In this document: positions 13,183 to 24,500 of the stretch, piece after piece
Position numbering within the stretch: the first letter of the stretch is position 1
Layout: the number at the start of each line of letters is the position of its first letter
NCBI GenBank assembly: GCA_038087875.1
Contig: CM075982.1
Location: forward strand, 66,030,001-66,094,000
Direction of reading: 5' to 3'
Source of the DNA: Malacoraja senta
Taxonomy: Eukaryota
Length of the DNA: 64,000 nucleotides
The notes under the pieces: model-generated
What the model saw: only the letters and a program-made list of their open reading frames with translations
Told to the model about the DNA's origin: nothing
The model's database searches: none
Made by a program: the position numbers and the translations under genes

Positions 13183-13386
13183 ATAGGAAGGAACTGCAGA
13201 TGCTGGTTTAAATTGAAGATGGACACAAAATGCTGGAGTAACTCAGCGGGACAGGCAGCATCTCTGGAGAGAAGGAATGGGTGACATTTTGGGTCGAGAC
13301 CCTTCATCAGACTGAAGAAGGGTCTTGACTAGAAACGGTCCATTCCTTCTCTCCAGAGATGCTGCCTGCCCCGCTGAATTACTCCT
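13183..13386. mobile_element. Palindromic Penelope-tail element (two inverted tails, degenerate hammerhead cores)
   Basis: '...gagaaggaatgggtgacattttgggtcgagacccttcatcag a ctgaagaagggtcttgactagaaacggtccattccttctctc...' is self-complementary. Confidence 0.8.
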
Positions 13387-15734
13387 GCTTGATGTGTCTC
13401 TTGTCAAGGAGATATGGTCTGGTCAATTGAGCAGAAAAGGAGCAACGGGAATTAATTCCAAAATAGTGAGAGATAATGCATTTGGGAGGAACAACAAGAA
13501 AGGGAGTGCACAATAAATGAGAGAATATCGTGTAGTGATGGGGGACAAAGGGACCTTGGAGTGTGTGTCCACAGGCCGTAATAGTAGCAGGATAGATCCG
13601 AAAGATGGTCAGGAAGGCAAAATAATTTTATTAGCTCAGCATGGAATAATAAAAGATAAGAGTTTGTGCAAGAATTGCATACAGCTTGTTAGATCATAGC
13701 TTGAGTACTGGGCAAGTTCTGCTCCCCAGCAGAACTGTATGCAGTATTCGCCTAGCTCCTATTTTGTGAGAAGGACCCGAGTTCAACAGGGAAATGTCAA
13801 TCCCACATTTCTCTTATCAAGCCCTTAAAAATATTATATGTTTAACTGCAAATGTTTCCCTTGGGTGAACTGGGGCCATTCTTACAAAATAAGACCTGGG
13901 CCATTCAGGGTATATGTGGGAAGAGGTTTCTTCATTCAACTGGGCCTAAACAGTTGTGGAGTCTTCAATCATCAATTACATTCAAGAAAGAAATCAAAAG
14001 ATTTTCAGATATAATGGCAATCAAGAAATATACGGTTGGTTAGTGCAACGAAGAGGTACCAACTCTCATTCTTTTAAATTCTGGAGAAAATAGGCTCAGT
14101 AGCAGAGAGGTCAAAAACCAGAAAGCATATATTTAAATTAATTGGTAGAAGGAGTAAAGGGAAGATGAGGAATTTTCTGAAGAAAGTTATAAGAGCAAAA
14201 TTAGGCTATTTGGCCCATCGAGTCTACTCCGCCATTCAATCATGGCTGATCTACCTTCCCTCGCAACTCCATTCTCCTACTTTCTGCTCATAACCCGACA
14301 CCTGTGCTAACCAAGAATCTGTCAATCTCCACCTTAAAAATATCCATTGACGGCCTCCACAGTCTTCTGTGACAATGAATTCCACAGATTTACCACCCTG
14401 CCGATCTCTTGTGTTCTGCTTCAATGACATGTCCATGTAACAAATTCAGTATCGCTGCATGATTTTATGCCTCTGTATACATGTTCCATGCTCTATGTAA
14501 CATCTCAAGAGATGGCAAAGACCTTGAAGGAGTCCACTTCCAACCTCAAACAGAATTTGGTGCAGAGCCAACAAACAGGTCATTCGAGAGTCATACACAT
14601 TTCTGTAGAATGCATATTTTTCCGATACATTTGTGTTATAGGAACTTTTAAAGCAAGTTCACCATTTATAGATGGACATTCAGAGGCGTTATTCCTCTGG
14701 TTTAATTCCAATAGAGGCCTGCTAATTAACACTTGGAAGATGAAGACAGTCATGCATGAACAAAGCTGACCATTGTAACTCTTGAACTGAGAAATGATGC
14801 CATTAATGTAATTGCCTTAATATTGGTATTAATGTATTATTGTCATGTGTATTGAGGTACAGTGAAAAGGTTTTGTTTGCGTGCTATCCAATTAAATCAG
14901 ATTGTACTATACATGAGTATAATCAAGCGAAACAGAAGTACAACAGGTTGTTCAAAGAGAACTATACTAGAGTACCGAATATAGTTTATAGCATAGTGGT
15001 GTTACAGTCCCAGTCCAATTCCCACAATGACATAGATTGGAATATCAGGACTACACCAAGCTGTTTAGTAGTCTGACAACAGAGGAGAAGAAATCGGAGA
15101 CATATGCTTTCAAGCTTTTGTATCTTTTGACCGATGGAAGAGGGGGGGAAATTTTGCCCATCAGAAGTGCGGATACTTTGATCAATCCAAATGGCTCACC
15201 AGCTCTTAAATTAAGCACTTAAATGGAATCTGAATGAAACCTTAATGGGACCAAATCCTTCCAATGAAAGAGTTATCATGTTTGCTGAGGGTTCGCCCAA
15301 GCACAAGGTCAATGTGATCTTGTGCTCAGTGCGATGAGCATTCTAAGATAAAACCCATGAATCAAAGAAAATAGGGAGGGCAAGAAAGGTTTGGATTTAT
15401 TTGGTGTTCTCATTTGTATTGTGGCAAACTTTTCATAACCATAACAAGCTCCAAAACCAGTTCGACTTTGAACAGTTTTACAGTGAAGGCAATCAGGCTC
15501 ATGGCCAAAGAGAAAATGTTTATATTCTGCCAGTCATTTGGGAGTGACATCAACCAATTCAGGTGTCAATAATTTTTTGGAATGGAATGAGAATTAACAT
15601 CTTGCATTATTATGTTTGGATGACCAAACCACGTTTTAGTCTGATTCACTGAAGATCGTGGAGCTGTGCAGCACGGAATCAGGCCCTTCAGCCGAACTCA
15701 TCCATGCTGACCAAATTGCCTAATCAAGATAATT

Positions 15735-16518
15735 GAATGGAATGAATGAATGAATAAGTTTATTAGCCAAGTATTCACATACAAGGAATTTGCCTTGGTG
15801 CTCTGCCCGCAAGTGACAACATGACATACAGTGACAGTTAGGAATGACACATAAAACATGAATAATAAAACATTATTGATGTGAATTAAATAAAATACCA
15901 GAGCAAAAGGAGGCTACAGATTTTTGGTTGTTGAGTAGAGCTACTACTCGTGGAAAAAAAAGCTGTTTTTATGTCTGGCTGTGGCAGCTTTGACCATCCG
16001 GATTAACTTTCCAGAGGGAAGTGATTCAAAGAGTTTATGACCAGGGTGAGAGGGGTCAGAGATGATCTTACCCGCTCGCTTCCTGGCCCTTAAGTGTACA
16101 GTTCGTCAATGGAGGGAAGGTTGCAGCTAATAACCTTCTCAGCTGATTGGACGATTCGCTGCAGCCTCTGGATGTCGTGCTTGGTGGCTGATCCAAACCA
16201 GACCATGATGGCGAAGGTGAGGACAGACTGCGATGGCCATATAGAATTGGACCATCATTGCCTGTGGCAGCTTGTGCTTCCTCAGGAGCCACAGGAAGTA
16301 CATCCTCTGTTGTGCCTTTTTGACTGGAGTCGATGGTAGCCCCCCAATTAAGGTCCTTGGAGATTATGGTTCCCAGGAACTTAATAGACTCCACAGATGT
16401 GACTGGTGTTGTTGATGGTGAGTGGGGTGAGAACTCTTCTAAAGTCTGCAATCAATTCCACTGTCTTAAAAGCAATGAATTCCAGGTTGTTGCGATGGCA
16501 CCAGGACGCTAGCTGTGT
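15735..16518 (-). mobile_element. Rex1/Babar LINE 3' portion; contains the left breakpoint of the tandem duplication
   Basis: FLGTIISKDLNW...KKAQQRMYFL..LRK, LQRIVQSAEKVI, DPSHPGH.LF..LPSG; (TTCA)n tail after AATAAA on the minus strand. Confidence 0.85.
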
Positions 16519-17243
16519 CATACCCACCGTCATAATTCCACTTGTCTGCACCGTGCAAATCATTCTGATGCATGTACCTGCTTCCACTACTTCCTCTGGC
16601 AGCTCATTCCATGTATGCAACACCTTTAGTTTAGTTGAGAGATACAGAGTGGAAAGAGACCCTTGGGCCTACCAAGTCTGCGCCAATCAGCGATCACTCG
16701 TACACTAACGCACTGGTGGGCGATTTACAGAAACCAATTAGCCGCCCAACCTGCACGTCTTTGGAATGTGGGAAGAAACGTGGAGATCGTACAAGCTCCA
16801 TACCTGTGTGAAACGTTGCCCCTCAGGACCATTTTAAATCACCTTAAACCTCTGCCCTCTAGTTTTAGATTGCCATACCCAGGGGTGGATATTCACCTCA
16901 TCTACGCCCCTCATAATTTTATAACCTCCAAACGAGGTCTCCCCTCAGCCTCCTATGCTTCAGGAAAAAAAGACCCAGTCTCTCCTTATAACTCAAACCC
17001 TGGAAAGAAAAGAAAAAATCTTGTTTTCACCCTTTCCTTCCAATAGCAGAGTGATCGCTGTACATTGTACTCAAAATGTAGGCTTACCAATGTCTTGTAC
17101 ATTTGTAACATGGCGACTTAATTCCTGTACTCAATATCCTGACAGAGGAAATGCAAGTGTACCATATTCCTTCTTCACACCCCAGTCACATGTACCGGCA
17201 CCTTCATGGAGTTATGTACCTTCACCCCTCGGTCTCTTTCTTA

Positions 17244-17461
17244 AGGGGCGGCGACCTAATTCGTGAGTGTAGAATAGTTTAGGAGAGTTTGAAAAAAACC
17301 TAGTTGAGGCCTCGAGTACGCGGGAACTGGGAACTACTCTCGAGCATGAAGGAGAGTTACAAAGACCTCCTAGGACCTCGTGTCGACCATGCTGCGAAGT
17401 ATGAGTCGAGGGCAAACTCGCCAGAACTCGCGGATTAGGTTGCCGCAGTGGGACAGCCCCT
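17244..17461. mobile_element. PIF/Harbinger-type MITE (also duplicated at 22493-22702)
   Basis: TIR AGGGGC[TGTCCCACTGC]GGCGACCTAAT / ATTAGGT.GCCGCAGTGGGACAGCCCCT (left TIR internally deleted), flanked by TTA...TTA 3-bp TSD. Confidence 0.75.
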
Positions 17462-19332
17462 TTATACAGCAGTTCTCAGCAGCATTCCATTCACTGAAAA
17501 TCCCACCCTGAATTCTCCTATCCAGATGCGACATCCGAATTAAACTCCATCTGCCATCCCTTGGCCCATCAGCCTAGATGATCAAGATCCCATTGTAATC
17601 ACAGATGACCTTCACTGTCTAGTGTACCATTAATTTTAATGCTGCTTGTAAGTGTAACCATGTCTACATTCACAGCCAGATTGTTAATATAGCGAACAAC
17701 AGTAACCCCAGCACCGATCACAAGGATATACTACGTAGGAAGGCACTGCAGATGCAGGACACATAGTCACAAAGTGCTGGAGTAAATCAGTGGGTCAGGC
17801 AGCATCTCTGGAGAAAAGGAATTGGTGACGTTTCGGGTCGAGACCCATCTTCAGACTGAGAGTCTGGTGTCAAGGGAACTAAGATATAGAAGGTGCATAG
17901 AATAAAATAAATGAATGAAAGGTTTGCAAAAAAAGCAACGATGATCAAGGAAAGGTGGAGCCCACAATGGTCCGTTGTTGGCTGTGGTGATATCGAGTTA
18001 TACAGACAGTGAAACTGGTAAGACCACTAGGGTGGGGGAGGAACGGTACCTCACCCTGGATCCTATTTGATCAAACCTTCCAGCCCAGTGTAATGTGCGG
18101 TACCTTGTCAAAGGCCTCGCGAAAGGGCAACATTTCAGACATCTGCGCATGTAATTGCCCCTCAATTGCTAATCTCTCTCATTCCCTTCCGTCTTCTTAC
18201 ACTCCTCCAGACAGACCAACTCTTAGGTAACCAGACACAAAATGCTGGAGTAACTCAGCGGGTAATGCAGCATTTCTTTCCATACGTTTCATTCATTTGT
18301 TCTTTCTACCTTTCCATACCACGATTTTCCCTCTCCCCTGACTCTCGGCTTGAAGAAGCGTCACGACCCGAAACATCACCTATTTTCTCCAGAGATGCTG
18401 CCAGACCCACTGAGTTCAAGTTCAAGTGAGTTTATTGTCATGTGTTCCTGATAGGACAATGAAATTCTTGCTTTGCTACAGCACACAGAACATAGTAGGC
18501 ATTTACTACAAAACAGATCAGTGTGTCCATATACCATTATATGTTCCTCCAGCATTCTGTGTCTATCCATGTGTAAACCAGTATCTGCAGTTCCTTCCTA
18601 CACACTTCTTAAGTAACTAGCATTAACGTCCCTCTGATAGCACCAACATTAGTTGTATCATCTGACGACCTTAGTTACCATGCTATACAAACATGCCCTT
18701 TGTTCTCGCTACTAGATTCACCTCTCCATTTAAAACATGCATCTGGTTCTTCTGAAGATTCATTCATCGGAAGCATTAACTCATACTTTCCACAGACACG
18801 GCCTCATTCACTCAGTATCCCACAGTTTTCTGAATTTTATTTCAGATTTCCAGCATCATGAATTTCTTTTATTTTGTATAACCCGCAACAGAAATATAAA
18901 GCGCAGCTCCAGATAACAAAATAACCGAGTATGAACGAAAGTTATTTATAACTCAGAAATGTTAAACAATACATTGTTTACCACCCAAAGAAACATGAAC
19001 TAAATCCTCCGATGAAATTGTTCCAGTGCTGCGAAATGTTGTTTGTAGAATTTTTATTTGGATGTTCGGCATTCATGGAATAAAGCATGAAGAGTAACGC
19101 TCATGGTGACACAATAGTTGACACACGATTAAAAAAAAAAACCGAGTGGTAGATACAAAGTGAAAAATGTACATTCCAGTATTTTCCCTGTCAATGGGCA
19201 TTTCGCCAGGTCTAATGCCACATTTATTGCTGAGAATGTTTTACATCCAGCGGCGAAAGAATAGGATCATTTGAGGACACAGAAATCTGGATTTGAAACA
19301 GCAACTCTGCAAGCGATCCGGTCTGTTAAAGT

Positions 19333-19360
19333 CTGAAGAAGGGTCTCGACCCGAAACGTC
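19333..19360 (+). ncRNA. Minimal type I hammerhead ribozyme motif (Penelope-derived); identical copy at 24575-24602
   Basis: CTGAAGA-A-GGGTC-TC-GACCC-GAAAC-GTC: conserved core, stem II, loopless palindromic ACGT stem III, GUC cleavage triplet. Confidence 0.75.
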
Positions 19361-19739
19361 ACCCATTCCTTCTCTCCAGAGATGTTGCCTGGCCCTCTGA
19401 GTTATTCCAGCATTTTTGTGTCTATCTTCGGTTTAAATCAGCATCTGCAGTTCCTTCCTGAGTTAACCAGCATGTTGCGTCTTTCCGAGGGCAAATTGGA
19501 CAAGCTTTGACGGGCACCTTGGTCGGCATGCACTTGAACCTGTTTCGCGACGTCTGTTGCCATCTCTCCAGTGGCTGTAAGCTTGGTTGGCGGCAGTTTA
19601 ACTGCGTAATCATTGTTGCTTTATAATCTTCACGTTGCAAGAGACGGTGCTACATCCTTTGGCAAAATACCAGAAAGCACCAGACCTTCCTCACACACGC
19701 AATAGGTCCACAACTGATATCTAAAACATTTAAATGGCT

Positions 19740-20828
19740 TTACAAGACTGTTTCGTACCAAGTCGGCAATAAAACGCCTTGCGGAACTGAAGGGTGGTTT
19801 TTCAGTAATAAAACGCCTTGCGGAACTGAAGAGTGGGTTTCTCTGGCGCCGTTGAATAAGCCGCGCATTTTTACGCTGAACGTTTTCATTCTAGCCACCA
19901 CGCCGTCCCTGGCTACAAAGTAGATGAACGGATCGATGCAGCTGTTTAAACTGGTCAGCCCTCTGGTGACCTGGTAGTACACGTAAATCGACCTATTGTT
20001 TGACGCACAGAAACCTCCCAACTGGAAGTGCCTGGAACTTAAATTGAGATATCGCAAAAGATGGTAAGGCGCAAAGCAAACCGAAAACAAAAGCATAATA
20101 ATGATGGCGAGGTTCCGGGACCGTTTCTTGGGACCTCTGTCCAGGCTACGGTTTTTGCTGAGGACCACTGCGATTTGACAGTAACATGCTATGATGATTA
20201 GGAAGGGAATCAAGAATCCAGTCACCGAAATGACCTTGACGTACAACAGGTAAGAGGTCACCTCTACGTTTATCACACTGTCGTGGCACTTTGAGCCATC
20301 GGCGTTAGTCTTGGTGAAATATAAATCCATTAATGTTTGAAGCAGAACCAACGTCCAGACCAGGGCACTGATCTGAGCCGAGTGGCGGGTTTTCCATCGT
20401 CCCAACATCCTCATTGGGTGCACGATGCCCATGTAACGCTGCACGCTGATGCAGGTGAGGAAGCCGATGCTCCCGTACAAATTCAGATGGAAAACCAGCC
20501 TGCTAATTCGGCAAAAGCCTTTGCCAAAAACCCAGCGGGAGCGGGCGGCGTAATAGGCCACGAAGAAAGGCAAGGTGAGCACGTAGAACAGGTCCGCGAG
20601 TGCCAGGTGAAACACGAAGAAGTCGCCGTTGACCCATTTCCTCCGTCTCAAACACAGGCAGGCCAGCACCGAGGCGTTTGTGCAGAAACCCACCACGAAC
20701 ACAAACACGTAGGTGATGGAGATTAACCTGTCCTTAAAGATCTTGTTGACTGGGCACTCGGTGGTTTGGTTCAACACGTTGAAACCAGGAGTGGGCGAAA
20801 CAGCGATCAAAGAGCTTACTTCCGTCAT
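19740..20828 (-). CDS. P2Y purinoceptor, P2Y1-like class (362 aa), distal copy
   Basis: Class A 7TM. MTEV start as in P2Y1; FHLNLYGSIGFLTCISVQRY (TM3), PYHLLR (TM6 HxxR), YQVTRGLTSLNSCIDPFIYF (TM7); both disulfide Cys pairs present. First ATG at 20828; the ORF-track start at 20927 is TTG. Confidence 0.93.
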   Translation of the reverse strand: MTEVSSLIAVSPTPGFNVLNQTTECPVNKIFKDRLISITYVFVFVVGFCTNASVLACLCLRRRKWVNGDFFVFHLALADLFYVLTLPFFVAYYAARSRWVFGKGFCRISRLVFHLNLYGSIGFLTCISVQRYMGIVHPMRMLGRWKTRHSAQISALVWTLVLLQTLMDLYFTKTNADGSKCHDSVINVEVTSYLLYVKVISVTGFLIPFLIIIACYCQIAVVLSKNRSLDRGPKKRSRNLAIIIMLLFSVCFAPYHLLRYLNLSSRHFQLGGFCASNNRSIYVYYQVTRGLTSLNSCIDPFIYFVARDGVVARMKTFSVKMRGLFNGARETHSSVPQGVLLLKNHPSVPQGVLLPTWYETVL

Positions 20829-21202
20829 TCCAAATGGCCCACGGGGCAGCACGGCGGGGTGGATGGGAAGGGCCGCATTAAAACCTTGTAATCCTGGGAC
20901 CCCGTCAACCAAAAGCCACGCTATCAATCTGAACCAACAAAATACGAAACTTACGAGTAACTCGGCGGGTCAGACAGCAGCATCTTTGGGTCGTGACAAC
21001 TTCTTCAGAAAAACAAACTCCGCTCAACCACTGAAGCGGAGGAGCTGAACGCCATTCAATGTGTCAGCATGCCAATTCAACAACGTCGGTGATCAGCTCA
21101 GCAATTAAAGGATCACAGCCACACCCCGTTCTCTAAGAACATGCAAGGTCCTGTACCAAAGACACGTACATGCAATCTGCCCAAGACACCGAATCTAATT
21201 GT

Positions 21203-21360
21203 GCAGGAAGGAACTGCAGATGCTGGTTTAAAAAGAAGATAGACACAAAAAGCTGGAGTAGCTCAACGGGACAGGCAGCATCTCTGGAGAGAAGGAACGG
21301 GTGACGTTTCGGGTCGAGACCCTTCTTCAGGCTGATGTCAGGGGAGTGGGCGGTACAGAG
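21203..21360 (-). mobile_element. Penelope-tail short element with a perfect hammerhead core at 21303-21330 (duplicate 26441-26598)
   Basis: Reverse complement of CTGAAGAAGGGTCTCGACCCGAAACGTC plus the downstream tail. Confidence 0.8.
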
Positions 21361-21533
21361 ATAACTGATTTGGGACCCGCGGTCTCCTCAAGGCCGGAGT
21401 GGAGGAACTATCCTGAAACCCAAATATTGACAGCGCAGCGAGGTAGAAGTGACTGGGAAACGTTATCAGTTGATAAAGCCTCCCTCCCCAGCTTTGACAT
21501 TCAGATACATTTACAAACTATTAAAAATAAGTC

Positions 21534-24500
21534 CTGTGGCTTCCTCAGGAGCCACAGGAAGTACATCCTCTGTTGTGCCTTTTTGACTGTGGAGTCGATG
21601 GTAGCCCCCCAATTAAGGTCCTTGGAGATTATGGTTCCCAAGAACTTAATAGACTCCACAGATGTGACTGGTGTTGATGGTGAGTGGGGTGAGAACTCTT
21701 CTAAAGTCTGCAATCAATTCCACTGTCTTAAGAGCATTGAGCGATGGCACCAGGACGCTAGCTGTGTCATACCCACCGTCATAATTCCACTTGTCTGCAC
21801 CCTGCAAATCATTCTGATGCATGTACCTGCTTCTACTACTTCCTCTGGCAGCTCATTCCATGTATGCAACACCTTTAGTTTAGTTGAGAGATACAGAGTG
21901 GAAAGAGACCCTTGGGCCTACCAAGTCTGCGCCAACCAGCGATCACTCGTACACTAACGCACTGGTGGGTGATTTACAGAAACCAATTAGCCGACCAACC
22001 TGCACGTCTTTGGAATGTGGGAAGAAACGTGGAGATCGTACAAACTCCGTACCTGTGTGAAACGTTGCCCCTCAGGACCATTTTAAATCACCTTAAACCT
22101 CTGCCCTCTAGTTTTAGATTGCCATACCCAGGGGTGGATATTCACCTCATCTACGCCCCTCATAATTTTATAACCTCCAAACGAGGTCTCCCTTCAGCCT
22201 CCTATGCTTCAGGAAAAAAAGACCCAGTCTCTCCTTATAACTCAAACCCTGGAAAGAAAAGAAAAAATCTTGTTTTCACCCTTTCCTTCCAATAGCAGAG
22301 TGATCGCTGTACATTGTACTCAAAATGTAGGCTTACCAATGTCTTGTACATTTGTAACATGGCGACTTAATTCCTGTACTCAATATCCTGACAGAGGAAA
22401 TGCAAGTGTACCATATTCCTTCTTCACACCCCAGTCACATGTACCAGCACCTTCATGGAGTTATGTACCTTCACCCCTCGGTCTCTTTCTTAAGGGGCGG
22501 CGACCTAATTCGCGAGTGTAGAAGAGTTTAGGAGAGTTTGAAAAAGACCTAGTTGAGGCCTCGAGTACGCGGGAACTACTCTCGAGCATGAAGGAGAGTT
22601 ACAAAGACCTCCTAGGACCTCGTGTCGACCATGCTGCGAGTATGAGTCGAGGGCAAACTCGCCAGAACTCGCGGATTAGGTCGCCGCAGTGGGACAGCCC
22701 CTTTATACAGCAGTTCTCAGCAGCATTCCATTCACTGAAAATCCCACCCTGAATTCTCCTATCCAGATGCGACATCCGAATTAAACTCCATCTGCCATCC
22801 CTTGGCCCATCAGCCTAGATGATCAAGATCCCATTGTAATCACAGATGACCTTCACTGTCTAGTGTACCATTAATTTTAATGCTGCTTGTAAGTGTAACC
22901 ATGTCTACATTCACAGCCAGATTGTTAATATAGCGAACAACAGTAACCCCAGCACCGATCACAAGGATATACTACGTAGGAAGGCACTGCAGATGCAGGA
23001 CACATAGTCACAAAGTGCTGGAGTAAATCAGTGGGTCAGGCAGCATCTCTGGAGAAAAGGAATTGGTGACGTTTCGGGTCGAGACCCATCTTCAGACTGA
23101 GAGTCTGGTGTCAAGGGAACTAAGAGATATAGAAGGTGCATAGAATAAAATAAAAAATGATAGGTTTGCAAAAAAGGCAACGATGATCAAGGAAAGGTGG
23201 AGCCCACAATGGTCCGTTGTTGGCTGTGGTGATATCGAGTTATACAGACAGTGAAACTGGTAAGACCACTAGGGTGGGGGAGGAACGGTACCTCACCCTG
23301 GATCCTATTTGATCAAACCTTCCAGCCCAGTGTAATGTGCGGTACCTTGTCAAAGGCCTCGCGAAAGGGCAACATTTCAGACATCTGCGCATATAATTGC
23401 CCCTCAATTGCTAATCTCTCTCATTCCCTTCCGTCTTCTTACACTCCTCCAGACAGACCAACTCTTAGGTAACCAGACACAAAATGCTGGAGTAACTCAG
23501 CGGGTAATGCAGCATTTCTTTCCATACGTTTCATTCATTTGTTCTTTCTACCTTTCCATACCACGATTTTCCCTCTCCCCTTGGCTTGAAGAAGCGTCAC
23601 GACCCGAAACATGACCTATTTTCTCCAGAGATGCTGCCAGACCCACTGAGTTCAAGTTCAAGTGAGTTTATTGTCATGTGTTCCTGATAGGACAATGAAA
23701 TTCTTGCTTTGCTTCAGCACACAGAACATAGTAGGCATTTACTACAAAACAGATCAGTGTGTCCATATACCATTATATGTTCCTCCAGCATTCTGTGTCT
23801 ATCCATGTGTAAACCAGTATCTGCAGTTCCTTCCTACACACTTCTTAAGTAACTAGCATTAACGTCCCTCTGATAGCACCAACATTAGTTGTATCATCTG
23901 ACGACCTTAGTTACCATACTATACAAACATGCCCTTTGTTCTCGCTACTAGATTCACCTCTCCATTTAAAACATGCATCTGGTTCTTCTGAAGATTCATT
24001 CATCGGAAGCATTAACTCACACTTTCCACAGACACGGCCTCATTCACTCAGTATCCCACAGTTTTCTGAATTTTATTTCAGATTTCCAGCATCATGAATT
24101 TCTTTTATTTTGTATAACCCGCAACAGAAATATAAAGCGCAGCTCCAGATAACAAAATAACCGAGTATGAACGAAAGTTATTTATAACTCAGAAATGTTA
24201 AACAATACATTGTTTACCACCCAAAGAAACATGAACTAAATCCTCCGATGAAATAGTTCCAGTGCTGCGAAATGTTGTTTGTAGAATTTTTATTTGGATG
24301 TTCGGCATTCATGGAATAAGGCATGAAGAGTAACGCTCATGGTGACACAATAGTTGACACACGATTTTAAAAAAAACCGAGTGGTAGATACAAAGTGAAA
24401 AATGTACATTCCAGTATTTTCCCTGTCAATAGGCATTTCGCCAGGTCTAATGCCACATTTATTGCTGAGAATGTTTTACATCCAGCGGCGAAAGAATAGG

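Larger units (their letters stand above)
16262..21533. repeat. Tandem segmental duplication, unit 1 (~5.27 kb)
   Basis: Colinear, near-identical to 21534-26771 throughout (same TEs, MITE and P2Y exon), with small indels in both copies. Confidence 0.95.

Noticed and set aside
20829-20927. 33-aa N-terminal extension of the P2Y ORFs (also 26066-26164)
   Set aside because: Starts at TTG immediately after a splice acceptor; MTEV is the first ATG and matches P2Y1. Coding only if an upstream exon supplies an in-frame start.
20337-21048. Plus-strand ORFs overlapping P2Y, and similar antisense ORFs over CR1 and Penelope
   Set aside because: Shadow frames of real coding sequence with no independent homology.
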